Assembly: GCA_015522685.1 (NCBI GenBank)
Contig: WALU01000035.1
Span: 32,001 to 96,000 of the forward strand
Source: Thermoproteota archaeon
Lineage (GTDB): Archaea; Korarchaeota; Korarchaeia; Korarchaeales; Korarchaeaceae
Length of the DNA: 64,000 nt
Direction: 5' to 3'
Part shown: in pieces, positions 1 to 9,239 of the stretch
How positions within the stretch are numbered: the stretch's first letter is position 1
Layout: each line of letters starts with the position of its first letter
The notes under the pieces: generated by a model
What the model was told of the DNA's origin: nothing
The model's database searches: none
The model's input: the letters and a program-made list of their open reading frames with translations, nothing else
Program-made: the position numbers and the translations under genes

Positions 1-549
1 ATGGAGAATCCTTCTTCTAATCTATACAGAATGCTTACATCAATGTTTCTCCACGGTGGGTGGCTTCATCTTCTTGGTAATATGTTATATCTCTACATAT
101 TTGGAGATAATGTAGAAGCTGCCTTTGGCCATGTTAAGTACCTTTTCTTCTACCTCATCTCAGGTACAGCTGCAAATCTTATGCACATGTTCATCCTTCC
201 AATATTCGGCATACCCACTAACATTCCAGCCATAGGTGCGTCCGGAGCCATAAGTGGGGTTTTAGGAGCTTACTTCATATTCTATCCTAGAGCTAGGATC
301 CTGACCGCTTTAATGATATGGTACTTCATAACAGTTGAACCGATACCTGCTAAATATTACATACTATTTTGGTTCTTCTGGCAGCTAATACCGGGATTAT
401 TGGCAGGAGAATCAACTGGTATCGCATACTGGGCTCATATTGGAGGGTTCATAGCAGGTCTAATAATAGCGTATCCTTATAGGCATAAGGTACGTTATCT
501 TAGGAGGCTCTGGATGATGGGAGATTATTACCATGGAAACATGTGGTAG
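1..549 (+). CDS. Rhomboid family intramembrane serine protease (5' truncated by window)
   Basis: HGGWLHLLGNM, GASG catalytic Ser motif and AHIGG catalytic His motif; multiple TM segments. Confidence 0.92.
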   Translation: MENPSSNLYRMLTSMFLHGGWLHLLGNMLYLYIFGDNVEAAFGHVKYLFFYLISGTAANLMHMFILPIFGIPTNIPAIGASGAISGVLGAYFIFYPRARILTALMIWYFITVEPIPAKYYILFWFFWQLIPGLLAGESTGIAYWAHIGGFIAGLIIAYPYRHKVRYLRRLWMMGDYYHGNMW

Positions 550-1144
550 TGCAAGAGATCTGGCAGAAATTATGAAAATCGCTTATGAAAGGAAAATTAC
601 TACAGGTGCAGGTGGAAATGCAAGCTTAAAAACAGACTACGGCATCTTCATAACCCCCTCAGGCAAGTTTAAAGGAAAATTGGAGGAAGAGGATATAATA
701 CTAATTAACAAAAACGGTGAAGTCCTAAGGGGAAGAGGAAAGCCTAGTTCAGAGTGGAAAATGCATATTCTAATATATGAGAAAAGAGAGGATGCTAAGG
801 CAGTCTTACATTGCCATCCTTCCATTGTAACGGGGCTAACTAATGCTGGTATAATCCCGACTCCTGCCGAACTTGATAGAATTGGTGCATGGACCGAAGA
901 AAGTTATCTGTTGTTAGGATCAGAGGTTAAGGTAATAGACAGAAGACCCTTTGGTACGCTGGAGCTAGCTAATGCCGTTTCAGATGCATTAGCTAGTGGG
1001 AACTCTAATGCTGTAGTTATAAGAGGACATGGAGCAGTAACAGTGAATTCAGATCCATGGTCCGTCCTTTCCGCTATGGACTCTTTAGTTGAGCTCTATA
1101 CAATTAACTTTCTTATGTGGCTTTCAGAGAGGCTCTCCCAATAA
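533..1144 (+). CDS. Class II aldolase/adducin family protein (fuculose-1-P aldolase / MtnB-like)
   Basis: GGNAS, ITPSG, KPSSEWKMH, HCH and GHG Zn-binding motifs. Confidence 0.88.
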   Translation: METCGSARDLAEIMKIAYERKITTGAGGNASLKTDYGIFITPSGKFKGKLEEEDIILINKNGEVLRGRGKPSSEWKMHILIYEKREDAKAVLHCHPSIVTGLTNAGIIPTPAELDRIGAWTEESYLLLGSEVKVIDRRPFGTLELANAVSDALASGNSNAVVIRGHGAVTVNSDPWSVLSAMDSLVELYTINFLMWLSERLSQ

Positions 1145-2507
1145 TCCATGGTCTTCCAATGCCTACATATGCTTTGCCTTCCGGTATTGAATCTACTTCT
1201 ATCACATGCCTCCCATCCACGACTAATGATAAATCTCGGCCTATTTCTAGGAACTCTGTGAGTGACATCCTGTAGGCAGAATGATCGGTTGATATTACTG
1301 CTATGTTAGCCCCTTCTAAGGACTCCCTAAGGTCATTTGTTAATGCAACTCCTAAGAATGAAAGTTCCTCATCATATCTTATTATAGGATCATGAACCTC
1401 TTTCACTTTCATCTGGGCACCAGATAGTATTTTAACAAGATCATATGTAGGAGATAGCCTTGAATCCGCAATATCTCCTCTGAAAGCAAGGCCTAAAATC
1501 GTTATTACTGGATTAGTTATTCCTAATTTTTTGCATCCCTCCTTTACAAGATTGGCTACCCTCTTTGGCATGCCCTCATTTAGCTCTCTAGCAACCTTTG
1601 TCAGGTTAAGGTCTATTCCAATTGAAGCGGCCCTCCACATGAGAAATCTGGAGTATATAGGTATGCATAGGCCTCCAACACCAGTTCCCGGTTTATGAAG
1701 ATGAGAATATGGCTGGCTATTGGCTGCTTGTCGAACCTCGTCGTAATCTATTCCCATCTTCCTAGAGAGTTCTGCTAGCTCATTGGCTAAAGCTATGTTC
1801 ACGTCCCTATAAACTCCTTCGGCTAATTTTTCAAACTCAGCTACGAGTTCATTAGATACTCTTAATACACCTTTCTTAACGATAAGTGAATAGAGTGTTG
1901 CTGCTACTTTCGCGCTTCTTTCATCAATCCCACCTATTGTCTTGGGATATGACTCTACTATATCCCTTAGAGCTCTCCCCTCAGATATTCTCTCAGGGCT
2001 ATAGGCTAGTCCAAAGTCTCTACCAGCCTTTAGACCACTGCTCTCCAAGATTGGTTTGAGAATACTTCTAGTTGTGCCAGGCGGAACACTGCTCTCCAAG
2101 ATTACTAGATCTCCCTTCTTGAGTCCCATCGCTATGGATTTAGCTGCTGATTCTACTGCGCTTAAATCAGGTCCCCTATTTTCTCTAATTAGAGTTGATA
2201 CTGCTATTATTTTAACATCTGATTCTTTTGATGCCTTAATTCCATCAGTAGTGACTTCTAGCCTGCCATCCCCTTTAGCTACTCTGAATACATCTTCAAG
2301 ACAAGGCTCATCTACTGGAGATCTTCCTTTCATAAGCTTCTCCACTTTCTCATTGTCTATGTCTACCCCTATCCCTCTAATACCAGCTGAAAGCCATGCC
2401 GCCAAAATAGAGGAGCCAACAAAGCCCAGTCCATAAACCGAGACTACTATCTTCCTATTACGGAACAACTTCTTTATCTCATTTTCTTCTCTAAATATGA
2501 GTTCCAT
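1113..2507 (-). CDS. wecC: Nucleotide-sugar dehydrogenase (UDP-ManNAc/UDP-GlcNAc dehydrogenase, WecC-like)
   Basis: GLGFVG Rossmann motif, ESSVPPGTT, YSPER, GVGGLCIP catalytic Cys, LGLAFR. Confidence 0.85.
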   Translation of the reverse strand: MELIFREENEIKKLFRNRKIVVSVYGLGFVGSSILAAWLSAGIRGIGVDIDNEKVEKLMKGRSPVDEPCLEDVFRVAKGDGRLEVTTDGIKASKESDVKIIAVSTLIRENRGPDLSAVESAAKSIAMGLKKGDLVILESSVPPGTTRSILKPILESSGLKAGRDFGLAYSPERISEGRALRDIVESYPKTIGGIDERSAKVAATLYSLIVKKGVLRVSNELVAEFEKLAEGVYRDVNIALANELAELSRKMGIDYDEVRQAANSQPYSHLHKPGTGVGGLCIPIYSRFLMWRAASIGIDLNLTKVARELNEGMPKRVANLVKEGCKKLGITNPVITILGLAFRGDIADSRLSPTYDLVKILSGAQMKVKEVHDPIIRYDEELSFLGVALTNDLRESLEGANIAVISTDHSAYRMSLTEFLEIGRDLSLVVDGRHVIEVDSIPEGKAYVGIGRPWIIGRASLKAT

Positions 2508-2565
2508 CTTCGATCTTAAGTTGAAATTATTATTTACTTTAAAGTAGATAGGATGGTGAGACCAA

Positions 2566-3304
2566 ATGAAGATGCTTAACTACCAACATACTCAGCATGG
2601 ATGAAGTATTTAATAGCAGGATACCTTAGAGAAATGCTATTTTGCTTTCAGGAGGACCTGAAACAGGTAAGACTATATTTAAATTGTAATTTCTCCATTC
2701 TTTAATCAATTGAAGCGAAAATTTGGTCTATATAGCCCTAGAAGAGCACTCAATTCAAGCTAGGATAAACATGTCTGCCTTTAGTTGAGATCCCAAGCCT
2801 TATGATAAGCAGAGCAAGTCAGCATTATAGATACTATACCGGGGGATAGGAGGAGCTGCTAAGAGAGAAGTACATGGCAACAGATCCAGGAGATACTTAT
2901 AGCTTAATTAATGAAATAAAAGATATGATGGATGATATAAATATCATCAAGTTGCCAATGGACCCTGTCACTATACCCCTAATGAGGACAGTAGTAGCTA
3001 TGAAAACTGTTTTACTTCTGAAGAAGGGTCTCTCAGGAACTGGAACCACTTCAATTCTTATAAGCCAAGTGGAAGTTGTAAATAGAAGGTTTGGGAGAGC
3101 TCGAGGTAAAAGTATGTCATAGGCGGTACTATAAGGCTAGATATTGACGAGCAGGATGTGAACTTGCCAGAAGCTTAATAATTTAGATAATGGAGGGAAC
3201 TGCGCACTCAATAAGAAGGCATCCCTTTGAAATTACGAATAATGGAATAGTAGTGTACTCGGATAAGGTAGTTAAAAGGAGGGAGCATTATTTTAGAGGA
3301 GTGA
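2566..3304 (+). pseudogene. Decayed KaiC/RAD55-like RecA-superfamily ATPase
   Basis: Translation across frames gives LTTNILSMDEVFNSRIP*RNA / LLSGGPETGKTIFKL*FL (Walker A) / VYIALEEHSIQARINMSAFS*DPKPY / LKKGLSGTGTTSILISQV / GTIRLDIDE / [25 protein letters not shown]. This is colinear with archaeal single-domain KaiC proteins, with several stops and frameshifts; GGTGA SD precedes ATG 2566. Confidence 0.88.
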
Positions 3305-3362
3305 ACTGCAGTTACAGAGGTGACCGCTGATAGGGTCCTTAAAAAATCGCATAAAATCTTCA

Positions 3363-4160
3363 TTGGATCACTATATTGATAGAGCTATGATTGCCGTTAA
3401 TGATATTTTAGAGAAAGAATCAAATACACCATTCTATTATCCCTTAAAGGAATTCTTAGGGGGAGGAAAGAAGGTTAGACCGGCATTATTACTCCTTGTA
3501 TACGATGCATGTGGAGGTAATACTGAGGATCCCAATCCTGCCGCATCAGCAATCGAACTGATACATACAGCTTCCTTGATACATGATGATTTGATCGATA
3601 AGAGCTGCCTGAGGAGGGGAGAAAATTCATTCCACGTGAAATATGGTCTTGAAATGTCAATCCTAGTTGCTGACTTCATACTCTCCTTAGTTCTGGATAT
3701 AGCCAACGGATACAGTAACAGGAGAGTAGGGGAGATACTTGCTAATACCTCAAAGAGGATGTCTGTGGGAGAGATGATGGAAGTCCAGGCTTTAAGGGAG
3801 AGCAAAGCATTATCTCTTGATATATACTTAGAAATTTTAAAACTTAAAACAGCGGTTTTATTCGAAGCAGCATCCTCATTAGGTGCTGTAATTGCCGGCA
3901 AATCCGATTTAGAGAAAGATTTAGGTCTTTATGGCTTGTATTTAGGTGCAGCATATCAAATAAAAGATGATTTACTAGATTGGGAGAATCAGGGGGAGCT
4001 GACATCCCTTCTCGAAGGAGAGGAAGTACCTGAACTTCTGGAGGGCATAGCTGCCAATTTGGCGGAGGAGGCAATAGATAAACTAGAAGTTCTCCAAGAC
4101 TCCCCTCAAAAAAAATTGCTAAGAGATATTGCCCTTTTCTCAATAAATAGGGAAGGGTAG
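3363..4160 (+). CDS. Polyprenyl diphosphate synthase (GGPP synthase-like, short form)
   Basis: GGKKVRP, HDDLID..RRG, KTA, QIKDDLLD motifs; frame is open back to 3324 after a GAGGTGA SD, so the true start may be slightly upstream. Confidence 0.9.
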   Translation: MDHYIDRAMIAVNDILEKESNTPFYYPLKEFLGGGKKVRPALLLLVYDACGGNTEDPNPAASAIELIHTASLIHDDLIDKSCLRRGENSFHVKYGLEMSILVADFILSLVLDIANGYSNRRVGEILANTSKRMSVGEMMEVQALRESKALSLDIYLEILKLKTAVLFEAASSLGAVIAGKSDLEKDLGLYGLYLGAAYQIKDDLLDWENQGELTSLLEGEEVPELLEGIAANLAEEAIDKLEVLQDSPQKKLLRDIALFSINREG

Positions 4161-4162
4161 AC

Positions 4163-4915
4163 TTATAGTATAGAGATAAGTTGGTAAAGTGAAGGAGCTA
4201 TAATAATAAGCCATGTTAGTAAAGCAGCGACTAGCGATCTGCTCCTGTCCATCCCAAATCCCTGCTTACATGCAGAATATACTATAGCTAATGTCCATAT
4301 AGATATGAGAATGTTCAATGTAGATTGTTGGGATACTATCTCTGTAGGTAGTCCAGCCCCTTCAAAAGACCCTCGTTGAGGTGTAATTCTTATAGTCCAA
4401 GTAATAGGAGGCATGATTAGGCCTAACCCGAATAGAAGCATCCCATAGAGAATGGAGGGTATATTGCTCAGACCCACCATCATGAGGGCTGGAGAATATT
4501 TGCCTGAACTCGCAAGTAATTTGACTAGAATGAAGAGTATGAATGCTGTTACAGCTTGAAAGAACAGACTTGAGATAAAGGATTCTAGGAATAGTATGAT
4601 CGGATTTTTAACGAATAGATCCATCATTCCTTTCACTACTCTAGCAGTTTCCTCAGGTATGCTCTCCCCTACACTCACCTCTATATTCAGATTTCTTAGT
4701 ATAGAATAGCTTCCTATCGTCGTGAATATAGAACTTATAAGGAGAATTATTAGCCAATATTTCAATTTTGGATTAATATATATCCCTTTGAAAACTTTAG
4801 AGCTAAATCTCAGTGGCTGAAGCATATAGTCCTTAAATGAGTAAGGTATTTCCTCTGGAGGCTCTTCCTCTATTTCGAAACTCATAGAAATTCCCCCCTC
4901 ACTACCATTTGCCAT
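4163..4915 (-). CDS. Yip1-domain-like multi-pass membrane protein
   Basis: About 5 TM helices with N-terminal P..VF..I pattern typical of archaeal YIP1 family; similarity judged by eye. Confidence 0.55.
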   Translation of the reverse strand: MANGSEGGISMSFEIEEEPPEEIPYSFKDYMLQPLRFSSKVFKGIYINPKLKYWLIILLISSIFTTIGSYSILRNLNIEVSVGESIPEETARVVKGMMDLFVKNPIILFLESFISSLFFQAVTAFILFILVKLLASSGKYSPALMMVGLSNIPSILYGMLLFGLGLIMPPITWTIRITPQRGSFEGAGLPTEIVSQQSTLNILISIWTLAIVYSACKQGFGMDRSRSLVAALLTWLIIIAPSLYQLISIL

Positions 4916-4954
4916 GGACTACATAGTTAAATTTACTATTTAAGAATAAAAGGT

Positions 4955-5033
4955 TGGTCCATGCAATGAGGAGAGCGAACATCAACGAATCCCCATGGAG
5001 ATGAAGTTCCCAGCTCACACCGAGCGTGGACCA
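4955..5033 (+). ncRNA. C/D-box methylation guide sRNA
   Basis: Terminal stem TGGTCCATGC/GCGTGGACCA; C box ATGAGGA (4966), possible D' ACGA, C' ATGAAGT (5001), D box CCGA (5020); D guide CCCAGCTCAC is complementary to conserved 23S GUGAGCUGGG; T-rich tail follows. Confidence 0.8.
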
Positions 5034-5136
5034 TTCTTTTCATGGGTAGATCATATTTGAAGCCTCATTATTATATCTGAGAATTGCTTCTATCAAGGAC
5101 CAATTTTATTAATGCATAGTACTCTCGGTTTCTTGA

Positions 5137-5245
5137 GCCGGGGTAGCTCAGCATGGTTAGAGCATCGGACTCATAAGCGAGTCAGGGGCTCACGGTGCTC
5201 TGCTGGGAAATCCGGGGGTCCCGGGTTCAAATCCCGGCCCCGGCA
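5137..5245 (+). tRNA. tRNA-Met(CAT), elongator type, with 34-nt intron (5176-5209) at position 37/38
   Basis: Acceptor stem GCCGGGG/CCCCGGC, T-loop TTCAAAT, anticodon CAT 5172-5174; canonical BHB (central helix CTCA/TGGG, bulges TAA and AAA). Confidence 0.92.
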
Positions 5246-5257
5246 CTAATTATATAG

Positions 5258-5663
5258 TCATTCATACAATATTAGAGACATATCTCTTTTCTTTGCTTTC
5301 CTTCTCAGCTTTTCATCAAATGTTGCAATGAGAATAGCCTTGCTCATCCACCATTAGTAATATCAACTCATTTTCCCAATCCAAAGATCTTTTATCATAA
5401 GAGAATCAATTATATCCTCTAAAGAGCTGTGAAGGATTCGAGTCCTCTTATCTAGAGTGTATCTTAGCAAGATATCCCTCGATTCTTTCGCCCCTAAACC
5501 TATCCCTCTACTAAACCAGGATAGTTTTATTATGGTGTATGAAGGATATTATCCATGTTTTCAGAGAACTAGGAACTCTCCTAACCATTTTATGCTCTTT
5601 GGAATCTTCAAAGTATGCATATATCAGCACATTAGTATCTATGATAGTTCTCCTTGATTTCAG
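5258..5663 (-). pseudogene. Decayed PIN-domain (VapC-like) toxin
   Basis: Minus-strand fragments TIIDTNVLIYAYFEDSKEH (PIN N-terminus) and ILIATFDEKLRRKAKK (PIN C-terminus) separated by stops and frameshifts. Confidence 0.8.
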
Positions 5664-5865
5664 ATAACTCTCCTTTATATAACCATCTATTTCTTCTAGC
5701 GAAAGTTTTTACTGATTTTGAAAGAGGATCATATTTTTATAGGATTTAATAGTATTGAATTGGACTATTTTTATATAGGTTCATCAAACATGCCTATAAG
5801 GGATGTATCTGTCGAGAATCTTCAGATACTTTCCGCGAATTAAGATTTTCTCGTCAGATAGTACC
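5664..5865 (-). pseudogene. Possible remnant of cognate antitoxin
   Basis: Lies immediately upstream of the PIN remnant and ends in a helical-looking LEEIDGYIKESY fragment; no clear motif. Confidence 0.3.
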
Positions 5866-5874
5866 TTCTATAGA

Positions 5875-5948
5875 TGGGGCCGCCGGGATTTGAACCCGGG
5901 ACCTCCGGCTCCCAAGACCGGCATCCTACCAAGCTAGACCACGGCCCC
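5875..5948 (-). tRNA. tRNA-Pro(TGG)
   Basis: Reverse complement GGGGCCG...CCGGT-CT TGG GA-GCCGG...TTCAAAT...CGGCCCCA cloverleaf. Confidence 0.95.
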
Positions 5949-5980
5949 CTACTTGATAGTATAAGCTATAGATAAAATTT

Positions 5981-6349
5981 TCATGGTTCAGATGCTTTAG
6001 TAATTCCGCACTTTAGTCCCGAGACAATGCCCTTATCAAACAGTATGGAGACCTTAGCTTTATTGCTTGTAACACCTAGATCAACTAAAAAATTATCCCC
6101 TTGTCTCAAAGTAATATCTAATCTCTTTACAAGCAGTATTTCATCTCCCTTCGTAATGCTCACATAGAATATCTTGGTCACATCTCCATAGCTAGTTAGT
6201 TTAAGGAAAGCTCTGTCGTCCTTGCAGATGAGTGAGGCTTTAAGGTTGGATTTAATTCTTGAGATGGAGTAATATGAGAGAATTATTGCGAAAAATGCTG
6301 CTGCAAGTAGCACTGATAGCATCAATATACCCTTACTTTCTACCTTCAT
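5981..6349 (-). CDS. Hypothetical protein with N-terminal membrane anchor (possibly pilin-like)
   Basis: Short basic leader ESKG then hydrophobic helix, beta-rich C-terminus; overlaps upstream gene operon-style. Confidence 0.55.
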   Translation of the reverse strand: MKVESKGILMLSVLLAAAFFAIILSYYSISRIKSNLKASLICKDDRAFLKLTSYGDVTKIFYVSITKGDEILLVKRLDITLRQGDNFLVDLGVTSNKAKVSILFDKGIVSGLKCGITKASEP

Positions 6350-6725
6350 ATGATTTTATCCTCTCAGAAAACCATTTAGGTTCTCTAGAAAGCTTAATTA
6401 GAGGAAATGTCATACTGCCAGCGGATAGGAAGTCTGAGAAATTAAACTGCTCTCCACCTTCATCTGCTTTATATATAAGGAAGCTTCTTGTTTCATTTCC
6501 CTTATAGATTGTATAGGAGAACATATCTGGCTTTGCCGCTCCGTAGTTATTAGCGAATGTGCCTATAACTCTTTCATTTAGAGAATTACTCCAGAATTCA
6601 ATGAGGACTGCAATGGAGCTAGATGCAGCAGCAAGTCTTAATAAGTCAAGCAGTGAGTTAACCTCGAGAAGCTCAAGCTCCCATTGACACTCCTCCTTGT
6701 CCTCCGAATCCATTAAACTCATCAC
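6333..6725 (-). CDS. Hypothetical protein
   Basis: 130-aa ORF, co-directional with neighbours, TATA-like TTATAA upstream. Confidence 0.65.
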   Translation of the reverse strand: MMSLMDSEDKEECQWELELLEVNSLLDLLRLAAASSSIAVLIEFWSNSLNERVIGTFANNYGAAKPDMFSYTIYKGNETRSFLIYKADEGGEQFNFSDFLSAGSMTFPLIKLSREPKWFSERIKSYEGRK

Positions 6726-6757
6726 AATTTTCCTCTGCTATATGTTATAACATTTAT

Positions 6758-7483
6758 CTAGCTTTCTGGAAGCCCGGAGATATATAGAGATTCAGCCATC
6801 TCTGTAATTACCTTAAGCATCTTCTTCTCTGATATATATAGACCCTTCTCGAGATCATCATCTGATACTAAGGCCGCTCTCTCACTTACTATAGCAAAGA
6901 GTCTATGACTGCCGATCCTTACGTCCATAGGACCTAGTACCTCGATCCCTTCATAGGCCTCGTGGGTATCTACTAACAGACTTATCTTCGCATGCGGTAG
7001 CTTCTTAGGAAGTATTCTCCTATTCTTGCTGGATATAATTAATATGAGGAATTCTCTAGCATCACTTATCAATATTGATGAGATTTTTTCTATTAGAAGT
7101 CTGCTTATAGGAAGTATAACCTCTCCAAGGATCCATAATCCTTCTGCTACTTCTAAGTGAGAGATCTTCTTAAGGATAGATATCTTCCTTGTGGCTTCTT
7201 CTATAATTTTGTCAAAGAGGAGAGAAGATAGTATTTCTGGTGATGGTACAGAGAAAATCATCGGCCTTCCAGGATTTATACTGATGAGATTAGCTTCAGC
7301 TAGCGAGTATAGAGCTGAATACACCTTTGTTCTGGGAACACCAGTAGCTGAGCTTATTTCCCTTGCTCTAAGAGGTGTTCTTGCGAAACTTAGGTATGCG
7401 AGGATTTCTGATTCGTAATTAGAGAATCCCAATTCTTTGAGAATTCTTTTCATATTAGCTAATGTTTTGTCCTTTTTAACCAT
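6758..7483 (-). CDS. TrmB family transcriptional regulator
   Basis: LGFSNYES..L..L / AREIS..TGVPRTKVY.AL..L winged HTH plus C-terminal effector-like domain. Confidence 0.88.
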   Translation of the reverse strand: MVKKDKTLANMKRILKELGFSNYESEILAYLSFARTPLRAREISSATGVPRTKVYSALYSLAEANLISINPGRPMIFSVPSPEILSSLLFDKIIEEATRKISILKKISHLEVAEGLWILGEVILPISRLLIEKISSILISDAREFLILIISSKNRRILPKKLPHAKISLLVDTHEAYEGIEVLGPMDVRIGSHRLFAIVSERAALVSDDDLEKGLYISEKKMLKVITEMAESLYISGLPES

Positions 7484-7791
7484 TACTCAGATTCCACCAT
7501 CTCAGTTATGATCTTACCTTCTGTTATCCTTCTAACTTTAGCCATCACGGTCAGTCCCGGATCGGCAGCTCCCACTATAATAACCGTTCTCCCCTTATAC
7601 ATTCCTTCCCCTTCCCCTCTTCTATTAACTGATTGTACTAGTACCTCTATTATATCTCCTGGCTTTATTGAGGGTGATCTCCCCTCAATCTTATCGAACT
7701 TAGTTACATAGAGGGTTCCTCTTGCTTTCCTTCCCAATCTCCCCTTCCAACCTCTAGAAGAGTTGGCCTCTTTTGGATTCTTTCTGGGCAT
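7483..7791 (-). CDS. Single TRAM-domain RNA-binding protein
   Basis: KPGDIIEV.V.SVNRRGEG.G..KG..V.IVGA..PG..V.AKV TRAM pattern; basic N-terminus. Confidence 0.8.
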   Translation of the reverse strand: MPRKNPKEANSSRGWKGRLGRKARGTLYVTKFDKIEGRSPSIKPGDIIEVLVQSVNRRGEGEGMYKGRTVIIVGAADPGLTVMAKVRRITEGKIITEMVESE

Positions 7792-7852
7792 GTTATTCCC
7801 CAACGCTTTTGTGTTATATGTATTTTCTAACTTAAAAATACTTTTCCAAAGA

Positions 7853-9238
7853 TCAGTCCAGGATGACGAGACCCATCACGTCCATAACGTTAGTTAGAGT
7901 AGGACCTGTGATTATAGTATCCCCTAGCCATGAAAAGAATGTGTGAGAATCATTGTCTTTTAAGAAATTTTCTGGCTTTAATTTTTCTCTGAGAGCTCTC
8001 TCTAAGGTGTAGCCATCACATATGGCTCCAGCAGCATCGGATATTCCATCTATACCATCAGTCCCTATGGACCCCAAGGCCACTCCTTCGAGCCCAGAGA
8101 GTGATCTTACTGCCCCAAGTATAAGTTCCTGATTCCTTCCTCCAATGCCTTGGCCTGTAACTGTTACTGTTGTTTCTCCTCCCAAGATAACGGCTGCCGG
8201 AGGAGAGATTGGTATAGCATCCCTTGATATGGATATTGCTAGACCTGCTAAGAACTTACCGATATGTTGGGCCTCTCCTTGAGCCCTAGCTCCTAAAGAT
8301 AAGGCGTTATAGCCCATCGATGCTAAAGACCTCTCAGCTGCCTGAATAGCTCTTTTGTTGTTTGCAACTATCACGTTAATTACTCTATCGAAGACTTTAT
8401 CATCTGGCTTGGGTGTTTCGGGGATCTTCCCTTCTAATCCACCCTTGATCGTTTTAATAATCGATTTTGGCATCTTTTTGATCAAGGAGTAGTTTTCTAA
8501 GACATTCCATGCGTCTTCAAAAGTCGTTTCATCGGGAGCCGTTGGTCCAGATGCTATGGAATCCAGGGGATCTCCTATCACATCAGAAATTATTAAAGAT
8601 ACTACTGTAGCGGGATAGGCAGCTTTAACTAGTCTCCCTCCTTTTATCTTAGATACATGCTTTCTGACTGAATTTATCTCTCTTATATCCGCTCCACTTA
8701 AAACCAAAAGTCTATTCATCTCTCTTAAGTCCTCAAGGGTTATACCTTCCATAGGATAATCCATAAGAGTGGATCCTCCACCTGATATCAGAGCTAATAT
8801 TAGATCCCTTTCACTGGCCTTATTAGCAATTCTGAGGATCTCTTTTGCACCAATTAAGCTCCCTTTATCCGGTATGGGATGGCCTGCCGGATTTAATTTT
8901 ATTTTAGATAGTTTAACCACTTTCTCTGTTTTTACTGGGGCATTAACGAATCCCTCTCTTATTTTATCCCCTATTTTATCTTCAACGGCCTTGGCCATTA
9001 AACTCCCAGCTTTACCAGCCCCGACGACATATGCATTGTCAAATGAGGATACTTTAATCGAAGAGGTTCCAAGGAATACCTCTTCACTGGATAATTTACT
9101 AGATATTACTTTATATGAATCAACAGATACTAGGGCCTTATCAAAGGCCATTAAAAGAGACCTTCTTGCATCTTTATCTTTCCTTGTAGCTCCATTGTCT
9201 ATCAAATCTTCTGCATTTTTTATATAGACAAAGGTCAT
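7853..9238 (-). CDS. Glycerate 2-kinase (MOFRL family)
   Basis: GAGKA, LISGGGS, IISDVIGD..DSIASGPT, GGETTV, GGRNQE, GTDGIDG, TLTNVMD motifs. Confidence 0.93.
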   Translation of the reverse strand: MTFVYIKNAEDLIDNGATRKDKDARRSLLMAFDKALVSVDSYKVISSKLSSEEVFLGTSSIKVSSFDNAYVVGAGKAGSLMAKAVEDKIGDKIREGFVNAPVKTEKVVKLSKIKLNPAGHPIPDKGSLIGAKEILRIANKASERDLILALISGGGSTLMDYPMEGITLEDLREMNRLLVLSGADIREINSVRKHVSKIKGGRLVKAAYPATVVSLIISDVIGDPLDSIASGPTAPDETTFEDAWNVLENYSLIKKMPKSIIKTIKGGLEGKIPETPKPDDKVFDRVINVIVANNKRAIQAAERSLASMGYNALSLGARAQGEAQHIGKFLAGLAISISRDAIPISPPAAVILGGETTVTVTGQGIGGRNQELILGAVRSLSGLEGVALGSIGTDGIDGISDAAGAICDGYTLERALREKLKPENFLKDNDSHTFFSWLGDTIITGPTLTNVMDVMGLVILD

Positions 9239-9239
9239 G

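Noticed and set aside
2566-2630. ATGAAGA/ATGAAGT motifs resembling C and C' boxes
   Set aside because: No terminal stem or good D boxes; the sequence is the KaiC pseudogene 5' end.
2870-3120. Hydrophobic minus-strand reading frame resembling a membrane protein
   Set aside because: It is the antisense shadow of the plus-strand KaiC-like pseudogene.
5457-5657. 66-aa plus-strand ORF in the track
   Set aside because: Antisense to the PIN pseudogene; no motif.
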